From Callorhinchus milii (lineage: Eukaryota): 64,000 nucleotides of DNA. Positions 39,660 through 53,086 of this stretch are shown piece after piece; position 1 is the stretch's first letter; every line of letters begins with the position of its first letter. The DNA lies in contig NW_024704742.1 of NCBI RefSeq assembly GCF_018977255.1, positions 67,644,001 through 67,708,000 of the forward strand. Reading direction: 5' to 3'. The position numbers and the translations under genes are program-made. The notes beneath the pieces are model-generated. The model ran no database searches. It was not told the DNA's origin and worked only from the letters and a program-made list of their open reading frames with translations.

Positions 39660-40280
39660 ACATTAGAATATACAGCACAGAAACAGGCCATTCGGCCCAA
39701 CAGGTCTATGTTGGTGTTTATGCTCCCCATGAGCCTCCACCTGCCCTTCATCAACTAAGCCTTCAAGCAAAACCTTCTATTCCTTTCTCTCTCATGTACC
39801 TATCGAGCCTTCCCCTTAAATGCATCTATGCTATTTACCCCAACAACTTCCTGTGGTATCATGTTCCACATTTCCAGTACTCTCTGTGTGAAGAAATTTC
39901 TAACTTCTCCATTTGATATACTTGTAACTATTTTATATTGATGGCCCCTGGTTTTGGTCTCCACCACAAGCGGAAACATCTTCCCTATGTCTACCCTATC
40001 AAAACCTTTCATCTTTTTTAAAGATCTCTATCAAGTCACCCCTTACCTTCTTTTCAAGAGAAAAGAGTCCAAGTATGTTCAGCCTTTCCTGATAGGTATA
40101 ACCTCTCAGTTCTGGGATCATCCTTGTGAATCGCCTTTGCACCCTCTCCAATGCCTCCACATCCCTTCTATAACGTGGGGACCAGAATGCACACACTTTT
40201 CTAGGTGTTGTCTACCATGCTTCTATAGAAGTTTACAATAACTTCCTGCTTTTCATTTATATCCCTCTGGAAATGAACCC
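39660..40280 (-). mobile_element. CR1 3' end
   Basis: ALERVQRRFTRMIP; KTRGHQYK. Confidence 0.9.
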
Positions 40281-40614
40281 CAATTTTGGGGGGTTTGATT
40301 TTGTTTTAAAAAGGGGTTTAAAATTGTCCTTTTTTCCTGGCTTAATTTGTGTTGGTTTAAAACAGGTCTAAAATCAAAGGCAAATTTGGGATCATTTATT
40401 TAAGCATTAACTCATTGATTTGAAAAAAAATGATGTCAACCTGGTCAGTTTGTAGCACTCTCGCCTCTGAGTCAGAAGGTTCTGGGTTCAAGTCCCACGT
40501 CGAGACTTGAACTCACATAGTCTAATCCAGGAGTGGGCAATTATTTTGGCTGGCGGGCCACTTCATGAGTTTTGGTAAGCTTCGCGGGCCACAACGTAAT
40601 ATAGATGCAAATGC

Positions 40615-41240
40615 ATTGATGATGCCATTTCTTTTGTGAGCTCAAAATGTTTGGTGATACCTCAAATAAAAATTATCAACTGGGCTGTGTATTTGACATC
40701 ACAACTCTCATCGAGTGCCAGTGAAAAACATGTAAAATTCCTTACTCTATTTTGTAACTGCAGATACAGGTTCTCAGAGATATCCTCGACACAACACTTC
40801 ACCTTGACAAGCTAACATTCTCGAACTGTTTTTTCTTATCTGGGTATAAAATCGAGGCAGTCAACCATACATTCCTTTATAAATTCTCCTTCAGAGAATG
40901 GTTTGCTGTTCTTGGCGATTTTGTATGCCATCACATAACTCACTCTTATAATCTCATCCTGGGATGCAAATTGTTTTGTGAAAATGCTTTGCTCTTTTTG
41001 CATTCGAACAACCATCTCATCAGCTTTCTTTCCTTTTTCTTCGGCAGAAACAATCTTATATTTGCAAGCATGTTTGCTTTCAAAATGTTGATTCAAGTTG
41101 TAGTCTTTGAGCACTGCCACACTTTCTTTGCAAATTAAGCACACAGCTGTTCCATCCACACTGGTAAAAAAATATTTAGAAGTCCATTCTTTGTTGAATA
41201 TTTAGCCTTCAGCATTCACTTTCCGCTTCTTTGATAAACT
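40615..41240 (-). pseudogene. hAT transposase fragment (GTF2IRD2/SPIN-like zinc finger to first catalytic Asp)
   Basis: FNKEWTSKYFF..AVCLICKESVAVLKDYNLNQHFESKH; KPFSEGEFIKECM; FSLALDESCD..TAQLIIF; stops and frameshifts. Confidence 0.92.
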
Positions 41241-41261
41241 AATTTCAAATTAACGTCCTCT

Positions 41262-41343
41262 ACAGTGTTGCTGCGGTTGCCACTGAAATGTATTGCCACG
41301 GTTGCCCCTGAAAAGTTTTGTCGCGATTGCCGCTGAACAGTAT
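41262..41343. repeat. 25-bp tandem repeat (GAAAAGTATTGCCACGGTTGCCGCT-like) in the hAT; continues at 45175-45215
   Basis: Units start at 41285, 41310, 41335 and again at 45175, 45200. Confidence 0.85.
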
Positions 41344-44300
41344 GATGGATCATTATGATCAACAGTATGATGATCATTCCCCTGAGACTCGGGAGATGCT
41401 TGCATCCGGTTAATGCTCAGGGACAGGATAGTTTTATCAGTCCTGCAGATAATGGGACCCTTGAGAGAGGGGTGATGGAGCCTTGGGCTTCAAACTTGTA
41501 CAACGGATTTGATGGACCAGACAACTCAGGAGGTGGCCACCCCACCCCACACACCGAGGGTTCAGACGGAAAATGACTGGGTGACTGTCTGGCATGGTAG
41601 GAAGAGGGTTCGGGCTGGGCAAAATGCTCCCAATAGTGTAGCACTCTCAAACCAGTACTCTGTACTGAACATTGAGAGTGTTGATATCTCCAGGGAGGAC
41701 AGTAAAAAATGCTTTGTTGAACAGGAGAACAGAGATAACAGGAGCAATGCTGTTGTCATATGGGATACAACAGTGAGAAATCTAGACAGACGTTTCTGTA
41801 ACAGAAGACGGGAATCAAGGATGGTATGCTGCCTCCCTGATGCAACAGTCTTAGACATCGCGGAACAGGTGGATAAAATTCTTCAGGGGGAAGGAGAACA
41901 TTCAGATGTGGTCCAGTTGGGATCCGTGATACTGGCAAAAAAAAAAGGGCTGAGACTCTACAGGGTGAATATCAAAAGCTGGGGAACATACTAAAGAATA
42001 GAACATCCAAGGTGGTGATCTCTGGATTACTCCCTGTGCCTCGGGCAAATCAGTACCATAATGGCAGGATTAAGTATATGAATGCTTGGCTGGAGAAACG
42101 GTCCAGAAAAGAAGGCTTCAGGTTTCTGCATCATTGGGTCCAGTTCTGGAACAGGTGGGACCTGTACCATATGGATGGGTTGCACCTAAACAGGGCTGGG
42201 GCGAATGTGCTTGCAGACAGGCTAACTAATGCTGTTGGGGAGGGTTTAAACTAGTTTTGAGTGGGGGGGGAGTGCAGAACAGGTCAGGTCGGTCTTGGAG
42301 TGCATGAGCCTAAATGCACGGAGTTTAGCAAACAAGATTGGTGAGTTGCAGGCTCAAGTGGTCATAGGGGGATACGATGTAGTAGCAGTAACAGAGACTT
42401 GGCTCAAACAAGGACAGGAATGGGAGCTGAATATTCCTGGCTACAAAGTATTCAGGAGGAATAGGGAAGGAAAAAAAGGAGGGCTGTGGCAATTTTAGTC
42501 AAAGATACGGTTATAGCCGTGGAAAGGGTCGAGGTGCTGGAGGGCACCAAAACGCAATCTATCTGGTTAGAGTTAAGGAACAAAAAAGGAGCCGTTATGC
42601 TGGTAGGGGTACACTATAGACCGCCAAATAGTGGGAAGGAAATAGATGAGCAGATCTTCAAGCAGATCTCAGACAGATGCAAGGCCAGTAGAGTTGTGAT
42701 AATGGGGGACTTTAATTATCCCAATACAGACTGGCAAAACAACAGCGTAAAGGGCAAGGAGGGGGAAAGATTCCTAAAATGCATACAGGACAACTTTCTT
42801 GATCAGTACGTTTCCATCCCAACGAGGAAGGAAGCAGTGCTAGATCTATTTCTGGGGAATTAAGTAGGGCAAGTGGAGCAGGTTTCAGTGGGAGAGCATT
42901 TGGGCAATAATGAACATAACATCATTAGATTCAAAGTGCATATGGAAAGAGACAAGGAACCATCTAAGGTGAAGATACTCAACTGGAAGAGAGCAAATTT
43001 CAGTGAGTTAAAAAGGGACCTAGTCAAGGTGGACTGGAAAGAAAGATTGGTAGGTAAAACAACTAAAGAGCAGTGGGAAGTCTTCAACAATGAGATAGCT
43101 CGGGGACAGAATAAATACATTCCCACAAAAGGGAAAAGTAGGGCATCCAAACCTCCCTGGATAACGAAGGTAATTGTATCTAGAATGAAGCAGAAAAGGA
43201 GGCGTATGACAAATGTCAAACCCAAGATATAGAAGACAACCAAATGGAATATAGGAAGTGCAGAAGAGGTTTGAAAAAGGAAATAAGAGGGGCAAAAAGA
43301 TTATACGAAAAAAGGTTAGTGGGTAACATTAAAGGGAATTCTAAAATATTTTACAAACATATCAAGGAAAAAAGGCAAGTCAAAGGTTGGGTGGGGCCAA
43401 TTAAGGACCAAGGGGGAAATCTTATTGTGGAGGCAGAGGGCATGGCTGATGTACTGAATGAGTAATTTGCACCTGTCTTCACAAAAGAAGTGGATGCACC
43501 AAATGCCGCAGTATCGGAGGAGAGGGTAGAGGAAATGGATAGGATAAGTATAAACAAAGAGGAAATACTGAAAAAATGGACTGGGCTAAAGTTAGATAAG
43601 TCACCCGGTCCGGACAGGATGCAACCAATGTTACTATGGGAAGCATGGGTACAAATAGCGGAAGCTTTGGCTACAATTTTTCAATCTTCATTGGACATAG
43701 GGGTGGAGCCAGAGGACTGGAGAGTGGCCATAGTGACTCCCCTGTACAAAAAGGGACAGAAGGACAAACCTGGGAACGACAGGCCAGTCAACCTAACATC
43801 ACTAGTGGGGAAACTCCTGGAGACTATAAACCGGGACAGAATACATCTTCACTTAGAAGGATGTGGGTTAATTAGGGACAGCCAGTACGGATTTGTTCAA
43901 GGCAGATCTTGTCTAACAAATCTAATAGAATTTTTTGATGAGGTAACGGAGAGGATGGATAAAGGTAGTAGTGCAGTTGATGTAGTTTATATGGACTTTC
44001 AAAAGGCATTTGACAAAGTGTCACATGAAAGACTTGTAAGAAAGATAGAAGCCCATGGTATAAAAGGGACAGTGGCAGCATGGATCCAGAACTGGCTGGG
44101 AGACAGAAAGCAGAGAGTTGTGGTGAATGGCTGCTTTTCTGACTGGAGGGAAATGTACAGTGGCGTCCCAGGGATCGGTATTAGGACCACTGCTCTTCTT
44201 AATATACATAAATGATCTGGACTTGGGTATAGCAAGTACCATTTCCAAGTTTGCGGACGACATAAAGTTAGGTAGGGTGGTAAACAGTGAGAAGGATAGC

Positions 44301-45174
44301 AGCCAACTGCAGGAAGACATAGACAGAATGGTAAAATGGGCAGACACATGGCAGATGAATTTCAATGTAGAGAAATGCAAGGTAATGCATTTTGGTAGAA
44401 AGAATGAGGGGAGGCAATACAGGCTGGTAATACAATCTTAAGGGGGGTGAAAGAACAGAGAGACCTGGGGGTTCAGGTAAATGAATCCTTGAAGGTGGCA
44501 GGACAGGTAGATAAGGCTGTAAAAAGGGCAGATGGGATATTAGGCTTTATAAATAGGGGCATAGAGTACAAGAGTCAGGAGGTTATGATTAACCTATATA
44601 AAACACTGGTTAAGTCTCAGTTAGAATATTGCGGTCCAGTTCTGGGCACCAGACTATAGGAAGGATGTTAAGGCATTGGAAAGGGTGCAGAGGAGATTTA
44701 CGAGGATGGTACCAGGAATGAGGGACCTTGATTATGAGGAAAGGCACGAGAGGCTGGGATTATTCTCATTGGAGCAGAGAAGGTTACGAGGAGACCTAAT
44801 AGAGGTCTTCAAAATCATGAGGGGATTTGATAGGTTAGAAAGGGAAAAACTGTTTCCACTGGTGGGTATGTTGGTGACTCGAGGTCACAGATTTAAAATA
44901 TTATTTAAAAGAAGCAGAGGGGAGGTGAGAAGAAATTTTTTCACGCAGCGAGTTGTTCGAATCTGGAATGCATTGCCTGAAAGGGTGGTCGAGGCCGATT
45001 CGATAACTACTTTTAAAAACGCGGTGGACGGGTATTTGAGGAGGACGGGTCTACAGGGTTATGGGGAAAGGGCTGAGGAGTGGGATTCATATTGCATTGC
45101 TCTTTTCAAAGAGTCGGCACAGACTCGATGGGCCGAATGGCCTCTTTTTGTGCTGTATGATTCTATGATTCTAT
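41344..45174 (+). mobile_element. Near-full-length CR1 LINE (ORF1 SGNH esterase, ORF2 APE-RT), frameshifted
   Basis: CCLPDA, VISGLLPVP, DGLHLN (ORF1); SLNARSL, VTETWL, YRPP, MGDFN (APE); YMDFQKAFDKV, KFADD (RT); (GATTCTAT)n tail. Confidence 0.96.
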
Positions 45175-46802
45175 GAAAAGTATTGCCACGGTTGCCGCTG
45201 AAAAGTATTGCTGCGCGCGTGTTTGAAAATTTGCCGATCTGTACATTTCTGACGTCAGCCTGATTCAACACTTAAGGGAGCGTGCGCACAACTAAGCAGT
45301 GTGATTGGCTGATGTTCCCGGTCTGATTCAAATGCGAAATTTGTGCGACTTTCTGGGACTGAACAAACTATATTTTTTTCTATAGTTAGACACAATGAAG
45401 GGCCGGATAGAATCATTTGGTTTGCCGGTTATGGTCTAAGCTGACACTCTAAAGCAGTGCTGGGAGTATGTTACATTGTTGGAGGTGCTGTACTTCCATG
45501 GCATTATTTGAAAAGGGAGTTTCTTCAAATAAAATTGGTCATTCACTTCATAGCTATTTGTGGGACATTGCTGTGGGCAAACTGGCTGCCATGTTTACCC
45601 ACAAACGTACAGTCACTCCGTTTTGGAATGTCCTCCGACACGAAAAGTGCAAACCCAAATGCAAGCATTATTATTATCTAAGTAACTTTTAGTCTCTCAA
45701 CACATGCAAGTTTCAGTCTCTCTCAACACAAGTAAATTTCAGGTCCTCCCTTCTTGATAAAGGTTCAGCTATGGAAACATGCCAATACAAACATCGAAAT
45801 GGCACACCTATGTTTCTGATGAAGCAGCTTTTTGATTCAAAACAAAAAAATACTGAATGTCACCTCAACCTAACAATGTGAGTGCGATGTTTATGAAGGC
45901 AGAAGAAAATTTGTGTGATTTGTAAACATCGAATCCACCAGATAACAGATGCCATCTGCTTCATGATCTCCTGACCTGATTTTTCTTTAGACACAATCCA
46001 GATTCACCTACTTTGTATAACAGTAATAATCCCTGAGTTTGATACAGCGCCTTTCAGGGGAGGATGCCTCAAAGTATTTCACAAGATTCACAGTAAAGTG
46101 CAGTGACTGTATTTTGTAGGTGAATGTGCAGCAGCCAAGTTACCACAGCAATGTCACACAAATCAACTGGGATTTTTAATTGGGAGACTGAGTTCATTTA
46201 CAACCTCAAAGAACTCCAATACATTTGTTGCGCATTATTTTATCCCTCTCCCGCTCCTCACTTCTATAAGTCGTGACAGTTTCTCAACAGTAACAATTTA
46301 TCAGCACCACCAATAGTACTGGGAGAGCTGCACTGGAGCGTCAGCCTACACTCTGTGAAGACCTGAACACACAACCATCTGATCCCAAGGCAAGAGTGCG
46401 ACCAAACGGAACCAACCTTTGCTGATATGGCTCCGTCCAGCAACCCTCTGACCACAGGAACACAATATGTTTGTGACAGATTACATTGTAGTCATTAATC
46501 CTACAGTGTGAGTATGTCACACAATCTGGTGTTTCTAGCATCTGTGCATGCGTGGGTGTTGGGTGACATTGGGATTTAGCTCAGAATACGATGCCCCTCT
46601 GCACCACCACCCATTCACACACACCCCACATGGTGGCTGAATATCATCATCCTCTGAAACTCTCTTTCAAATTACTTCCCTTTCAAATCAAAAAAAGTCT
46701 CTTTCAAATACTTTCCAAAATTAGGGAAGCAAGGTGTGTCCCTCCAAGGAGTGAGTGCACATTCCATTCCAATACATGTGGATGTACACATGCGATGGGA
46801 TC

Positions 46803-48165
46803 ATAGAATCATACAGCACAGAAAGAGGCCATTCGGCCCATCGCATCTGCGCCAGCTCCTAAAAGAGCAATCCAACTCAATCCCACTGGCCCGCTTCCTC
46901 TCCATAGCCCTGCAATCCTGTCCTCCCCAAATACCCATCTACTTCTCTCTTAAAAGTTCTTATTGAATCGGCTTCCACTACCCTTTCAGGTAATGCATTC
47001 TAGATCCGAACAACTCACTGGATGAAAACATTTTTCCTAACCTTACCTGTTTCTTTTAACAACTATCTTAAATCGGTGTCCCCTGAGGGACACCACTACA
47101 CATCTCCCTCCAGTCAGAAAAGCAACCGTTTACTACCACTCTCTGCTTTCTGTCTCCTAGCCAGTTCTGGATCCATGTTACCACAGTCCCTTTAATACCG
47201 TGGGCTTCTATTTTTTTTAATAAGTCTCTTATGTGGCACTTTATCAAATGCCTTTTGAAAATCTAGATAAACTACGTCTACTGCACTACCTTCATCCACC
47301 CTCTGTCACTTCATCAAAAAATTCTATTAGTTTTGTCAGACACGATCTGCCTTTAACAAATCCGTGTTGACTGTCCTTTATTAAACAATATTTTTCTAAG
47401 TGAGAATTTATATTGTCCCGGATTATAGTCTCCAGAAGTTTCCCTACTACTGTTGTTAGGCTGATAGGCCTGTAGTTCTCAGGTTTATCCTTCTGCCCCT
47501 TTTTGTACAGGGGAGTAAATTTTACAACCTTCCAGTCCTCTGGCACCACTCCAGTGTCCAAAGAGGATCGAAAGATTGTGGCCAGAGCCTCCGCTCTTTC
47601 CACCCTTGCTTCCCTCAGTAACCAAGGATGAATCCCGTCTGGACCAGGTGACTTATCTATGTTGAGCACCAACAGCCTTTTTAGTACCTTCTCTCTGTTT
47701 TTTTTTATCATATCCAATTTCTGTTCACATGCCTGCAATATTGTGGCATTGGTTGCACTGTCTTCTTTTGTGAGGACAGTTGCAAAGTACTTATTTAGTA
47801 CATCAGCCAAGCCCTTTGCCTCAACAAGAAGATTTCCACTTGGGTCCCTAATTGGACCCACCCTACTTTTGACTAACCTTTTACTCTTGATATGCTTATA
47901 AAATACCTTAGGGTTCCCTTTTATATTTTCTGCTAATCTTTTCTCGTACAATCTCTTCACCCTTCTTATTTCCCTTTTCACTTCTCTGTACTTCCTATAA
48001 TCTCTTTGATTATCCTGTGTGTTTTGGACCTGACATTTGTCATAAGGCTCCTTCTTCTGTTTTATTTTAATCCCAATTTCCTTAGTCATCCAAGGAGATT
48101 TGACTGTCCTACCTTTCCCCTTTGTGGGAAAGTATTTGCTCTGTCCCCGAACTGTTTCCTCCTTG
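46803..48165 (-). mobile_element. CR1 LINE, 5'-truncated with an internal deletion near 47085
   Basis: ORF 47292..48299 CR1 ORF2; tail at 46803. Confidence 0.93.
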
Positions 48166-48589
48166 CATGGAACTTCGTTTGGTTTGGATCCTCTCAAGCA
48201 TAGTGATAGGTTTCTGCATGTGTCAGACACCCGGCTGATCAAAACAAAGCAATCAAAAACATTAAAAAAAAACTCTTCAATCACGCCTTTGGTCAGCACT
48301 TTTAAATGTTGTTTCTGTTTGGCAAGTGTGAAAGGTGCGAATATGAATTACGAGCTGTTCTTACATTCTTTCCTCCGAAGCAGAATATTACCACCATCTG
48401 CTGGTTACATTAGGTACAGCAACTCAAAAGCACTCAACACAACTTGGGCTGGTGCATCCACTTACCAATTAGAGTTACATCACTTCACTGCAAGACCAGC
48501 GCAGGCCCGAAGGGTCCGGTTCCATTGCGCACTACATTTGAGGCCTGGAGATCTGCCAAACACTCAACATTGCTCACCAAGCAACGATA

Positions 48590-49372
48590 AGAACTTGATT
48601 TATATAGCATCCCTCACACGGGAGCATTCGGGAGTGTAAGGAGGGGGGAATGGCAGGAGTCATGGCGAAGGGAGAAGGCGGTTTAGATAGTCTTGGTGGG
48701 GTGGAAGGGGACATGGGGGTGGGGGAGGACAATGCAGCCAAGCGGATGTTTTGAATTTTTGAGGTGTTGAAGACTAAGATCTCTTCGCGCTTGGCATTTA
48801 ACGTGAGGATAGAGTGGGCTTGAGGCGGTGCACGGAGGAGATGATGGACAGTGGGAACCAGTGTCTTTGGGTTGTTTTTGGTCTCTGGGATGATTTTGGA
48901 GTAAAAGTCAGTTTTGGCCTGTGAAAGGGAGAGGCAGTGGGTGAGGAGGAGCTCGAGCCACAGCTGGCGGTGAATCCTGAGGCTGGATTTCTGCCATCTG
49001 CGCTTGAGCATCCGGGTTTGTGTTTTGAGTAAGTGGAGGTGACCGTTGTACCAGGGGGAGCAGGTGGGCTTGGGAACAACCCTGGATTTCAGGGGAGCCA
49101 GGGAATTGAAGGTTATGGACATAGTCCAGTAGCTTGATGGCCGCAGCAGGATTGCTGTGAGTGGAGGGCCAGAGGGACCAAGGAAGAGAGGACATTTGTG
49201 AGAGACTCAGGGGGAAACTTCTTCCAGGGGCGGAAACAAATAGTAGAGGGTCTGGAAGAGGGGAGGGGAATGTGGGAAATGAGGAAGTGGTCCGAGATGG
49301 CGATGTCCATGATAGACAGGTCGGAAATGTCAAGGCCATGGGTGATGACGAGGTCAAGGGTGTGGCCACACA
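48590..49372 (-). mobile_element. L2 LINE fragment (APE end, linker)
   Basis: GHTLDLVIT..ISDHFLI; LAPLK..SPWY. Confidence 0.88.
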
Positions 49373-50755
49373 ATCACAGACAGAGAGACACACAATCAAG
49401 TGAATCACAGACACACACCCGACAAATAGAAGACACACACTCAGACACAGCGAGAGTCACACTCAGACATAGAGAGGCATTAATTCACATAAAGACACAG
49501 AGAGAGATGCACTCACAGACACTCAGAGACATAGAGACACACTCTCACAAACACACATACAGAGGAGAGAGACACACAGACAATCTCAACAGCGTGGCTC
49601 GGGGGAGGAGATGCATGGGAATGGCGTGGGTGGGAGGGAGTTCGCGGGCATGGCACGGGGTGGGGATGCATTGGCGTGGCGTGGGGGGGACACGTGGGGT
49701 GCAGAGGGGGTGGCGCGGTGGGGGGGGGAGGAGTGAGAGTGGCGCAGGGGAGTGCAGGGCTATATCAAATGCAAGGATTATTATTATTATTATTATTATA
49801 AACAAGGTTATTCTCATCTGTTCTTCGGATGAGATGCTAAACCAAAGTCCTGCCTACTGTTCACGCGGACATAAAAGGTCCCATTTTGAGCACTGCATGA
49901 AAAAAAAGGGTGTTTTTCTCCCGGTGTCCTGGTTGATAATCCCCCAGATAAAATCGGCAATTACTTCATGGCTGTTTGTGAGACACAGCCGTACGCAAAT
50001 CGGCTGCCAATTTTGCCTACAAACTAAATGGCCACGACACTTTATAATATATTCTGTGAAGTACTTTTGACACATTCCCTGATGTGAAAGACATTATATC
50101 AAATGTAAGGATCGTTATCATCATTAATTGAGGGGTGCATAGTATATTAGCTATTCAGGCTCTCTCCCCACCCCCCACTCCCACCCCATCTGACTTCTAA
50201 AGTTGGCTAAAAATCTACCTCTTTGACCACACTTAAAACCAGCTCCCCTCTCCCAACCTGCCTTATGCAGAACAAGGGGCACCATTTTAAAATTAGAGCG
50301 TGAAATCAGGAAGAACTTGTTCACCAAAGGATAGTGAAAATGTGGAACTCCCCCCCCAAAAAGGCTGTGGATGCTGGATCCATTCAAATTTTCAAGACTG
50401 AGGTGGGTAGATATTTGTTATCAAGGGAAATGGAGCAAAGGCGGGGAAATGGAGTTGAGGTACAGATCCGCCTTGATTGAATAGAATGGTGGAACAGGCC
50501 TGATGGGCTGAGTGGCCTACTCCTGTTCCTATGTCCAAAACACACAGTCCTTGTGAAGCGCTCAGAGGCGTCACCTGAAGTGAAGGATTCAGCACTCCGT
50601 GATGTTACCCTACGTGAAGGTGCTAAACAAGTGAAGTTACTATTACTTTTGTGATGGGTGACGTACAAGTAGTTGTTACCAATTCAGACTGTGTTGTGGT
50701 TCAGGCCGACTTGGTCAGGGACAATCTGCTCAGCAGTCGGCCTGTGCTCACTTAC

Positions 50756-50920
50756 CCAGCATGCTGGCGTGCTTCAGGAACTTGAAACTGGTTTCGAATG
50801 TCATCTGCTGGAGTGGCGAGGCGTTGGACTCTATCCCAATGCGATTGAAAGGCCTGTACACACCACTAAGGCACATGTAATCCGCCACCAGCGAGAGGTG
50901 CCGAGGGTCAACCTCAATAC
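50756..50920 (-). CDS. POLR1A: POLR1A exon (G)[16 protein letters not shown]...FLKHASML(G), 165 bp
   Basis: Conserved region H motif; AG/GT splice sites, phase 1/1. Confidence 0.97.
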
Positions 50921-51294
50921 CTGCATGTCCAAAGCAACCGATTAATGCAAAGCTCATCCAGATTAGCACTTTTAACAGCATGGTTTAAGCCCTTACTTGG
51001 TAGATGGTAGGTACAAGAAACTCTCTGCGAGCTTCCTGGTGGGCAACACAGCTCAGCATGAAATGGTTGCCCCAAACTGTGCAGTGCAATCTCATTAGAG
51101 AAATTTGGGTGAAGAACGCTCCTTTGAACCTATTTGGGGAGAAATCCCACCAGGAGTGAAATTTACTCCATTTATGTAGCATTTCAGAGTATTCACAGTT
51201 AGGCAAATTGTTGGATTCAACTTTGAAGCCAGCTTTCATTTCATGCTTAAAAAGGTATTCACCTGCAAAATAGTCAGTGAAACAGACAACTTAC

Positions 51295-51412
51295 CATAAA
51301 CAGCGAAGACGTCTTTGATTTCTTTCTCTATTACCCTCAGGGCAGCTTCAATGCCATATGTATTGGCCATGGCGTGGATGTCATTGGAGTACAAACTGCG
51401 CACGTCTAAGAT
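51295..51412 (-). CDS. POLR1A: POLR1A exon [24 protein letters not shown]...VFAVY(G), 118 bp
   Basis: SNDIHA..TYGIEAA motif; AG/GTAAGT, phase 0/1. Confidence 0.97.
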
Positions 51413-52498
51413 CTGAACAGCGGCAGAAAGAACGATAATCAGCGTCTCAGCAGCAAACGAGAGCCCGAGCCTCAGGAACATTCTCCACGAGTCAGAACAA
51501 GAGCAATTACTTTGCTCACAATCCTTTGCAGCGCTCAAAGTAAACAACTTGCATTTATGCAGCATCCTTCACGTAGGATAACGTCTTGCAGTGCTTCACA
51601 GTGGTGAGGTTAGATGCTAAGCAGAGGAAAAGAAGGAGACCATAGGCAAGGTCAAAGAGATAGGTTTTAAGGTGGGATTTAAAGATAGTTATAGAGGCTG
51701 TGAGGGATAGAGGCAGGGAGGTGCAAAGGTTATGGGCATAGTGGCTGAAGGCTCATGGGGATATGCAGCTAACTGTAAGCTAAGCAGAGAGGTTAAGCAG
51801 ATAAGTGGAGCTCAAGCAGATCGGTGAGATAGGGTGGTGTCAGGGCATGAAAGGAATTTGCTTTTTTAAAAAAAAGCTTTTATCTCGCCCCAAAGTTTAG
51901 CAGGAAGCTCCTCTGGGTATTGATATCCCCCCAATAAAAAAATGCATTCGGTGCATTTTACTAAACACACCCGTGCTCGACCCAGGAAGGAAGAAGCTTT
52001 GCTATACATGGCATGAATCCCTGCAGGAACAACCAAAAAGAGGTTGCACACTGCACACTTCCCTACCCTCCAATGCACACTATCTGTGTCAGCCTGGCTC
52101 AGTTGGCAACACACTCATCTGAGAGTCAGAAGGTTGTGGATTTCAAACCGAGACTTGCATATTCTAGTCTGACACTCCAATGCAAGGATGGGGGAGCGTC
52201 GCATTGTCGATGACCGCGTCCTTCGAATGCGTTAAAGCTTGGTCTGAGGCAGCAATAAACCAACAAAAAAATAAACCAGGCAAACTGGAAGCTGGGCTAT
52301 ATTGCTAAATCAGTTGAGATCAGGTCTCCGGATGTCATACTCAGGCTGTACAGTGCTCTGGTCAGGCCACACCTTGAACAGTAAATACAGTCCTGATCAC
52401 CGTGACTTAAAGGGGGGTGCTCAGGCCCTAGAGGCAGTGCAGAGAAGAGCATCAAGGATGATCCCCAGTGTTAGAGGAAAGAGACAATGAGCTATGAG

Positions 52499-53086
52499 TA
52501 GGGCCAATAGAAACTTGCAGAAATATTTGCCAAAAATTGCAGGGAAATTTGACAAGTTTTGTGAGAAATTTTTGGGAGTTGATTGGTGCTATTGAGGTAC
52601 AATTTGTACACTGAGTTACAAAATATGGGGAGTTGATTGGTACATTCTGCCACCGCACAGACACAGAGCAAAACGCACATTCACAAACAGAGAGAGAGAG
52701 ACACACTCACAGTCAGACACACATACTCACAACATACAGACAAAGGAGAGAGACACAGACGCATTCACACAGAGACACTTATAAACACACACACCCCCAG
52801 AGGAGACACACAGAGACAAATACACACCTACAGAGGAGCCAGAGACACATAGACAATCTCAACAGCAGGCCTCGGGGTGTGTGAAGCCCATTTCCCCCTT
52901 GCGCTGCCTATGCATGCACGTCCGGAGCCGCTTCGCCCACAGTAGCATAAAGTAAACAGACGGCAGCAGCACGAGCGGCCCGGGGCCAAGGAAACTTCAT
53001 GTTTTCAGTGGGTGGATGGGTGGGGGGCTGGTGGGAGTGTGGCTGTAGCGGATTCTGTGGAAAAGTTGCAGCCACAGGTCCAGGTA
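52499..53086. mobile_element. Putative non-autonomous element with CA/GA-rich interior, inserted in a CR1 fragment (52280-53370)
   Basis: ATGAG duplicated at 52494-52498 and 53087-53091; both ends resemble 9432-9490. Confidence 0.55.

Larger units (their letters stand above)
40528..45433 (-). mobile_element. Internally deleted hAT (Charlie/Buster/SPIN-like) DNA transposon
   Basis: Terminus CAGGAGTGGGCAA; 8-bp TSD GTCTAATC/GTCTAAGC; other terminus partly deleted. Confidence 0.85.
40434..45677 (+). mobile_element. Older tRNA-SINE split in two (40434-40527 and 45434-45677) by a hAT insertion
   Basis: Head ends ...CACATAGTCTAATC and resumes GTCTAAGCTGACACT..., followed by the Deu core and tail. 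Confidence 0.85.

Noticed and set aside
41262..41343. CRISPR-like repeat array
   Set aside because: Head-to-tail 25-bp units with no spacers, in a eukaryotic hAT element
41344..45174. Active autonomous retrotransposon
   Set aside because: Multiple frameshifts and stops in ORF1 and ORF2
49198..50070. 290-aa ORF
   Set aside because: Chimera of antisense L2, CA/GA microsatellite and SINE sequence
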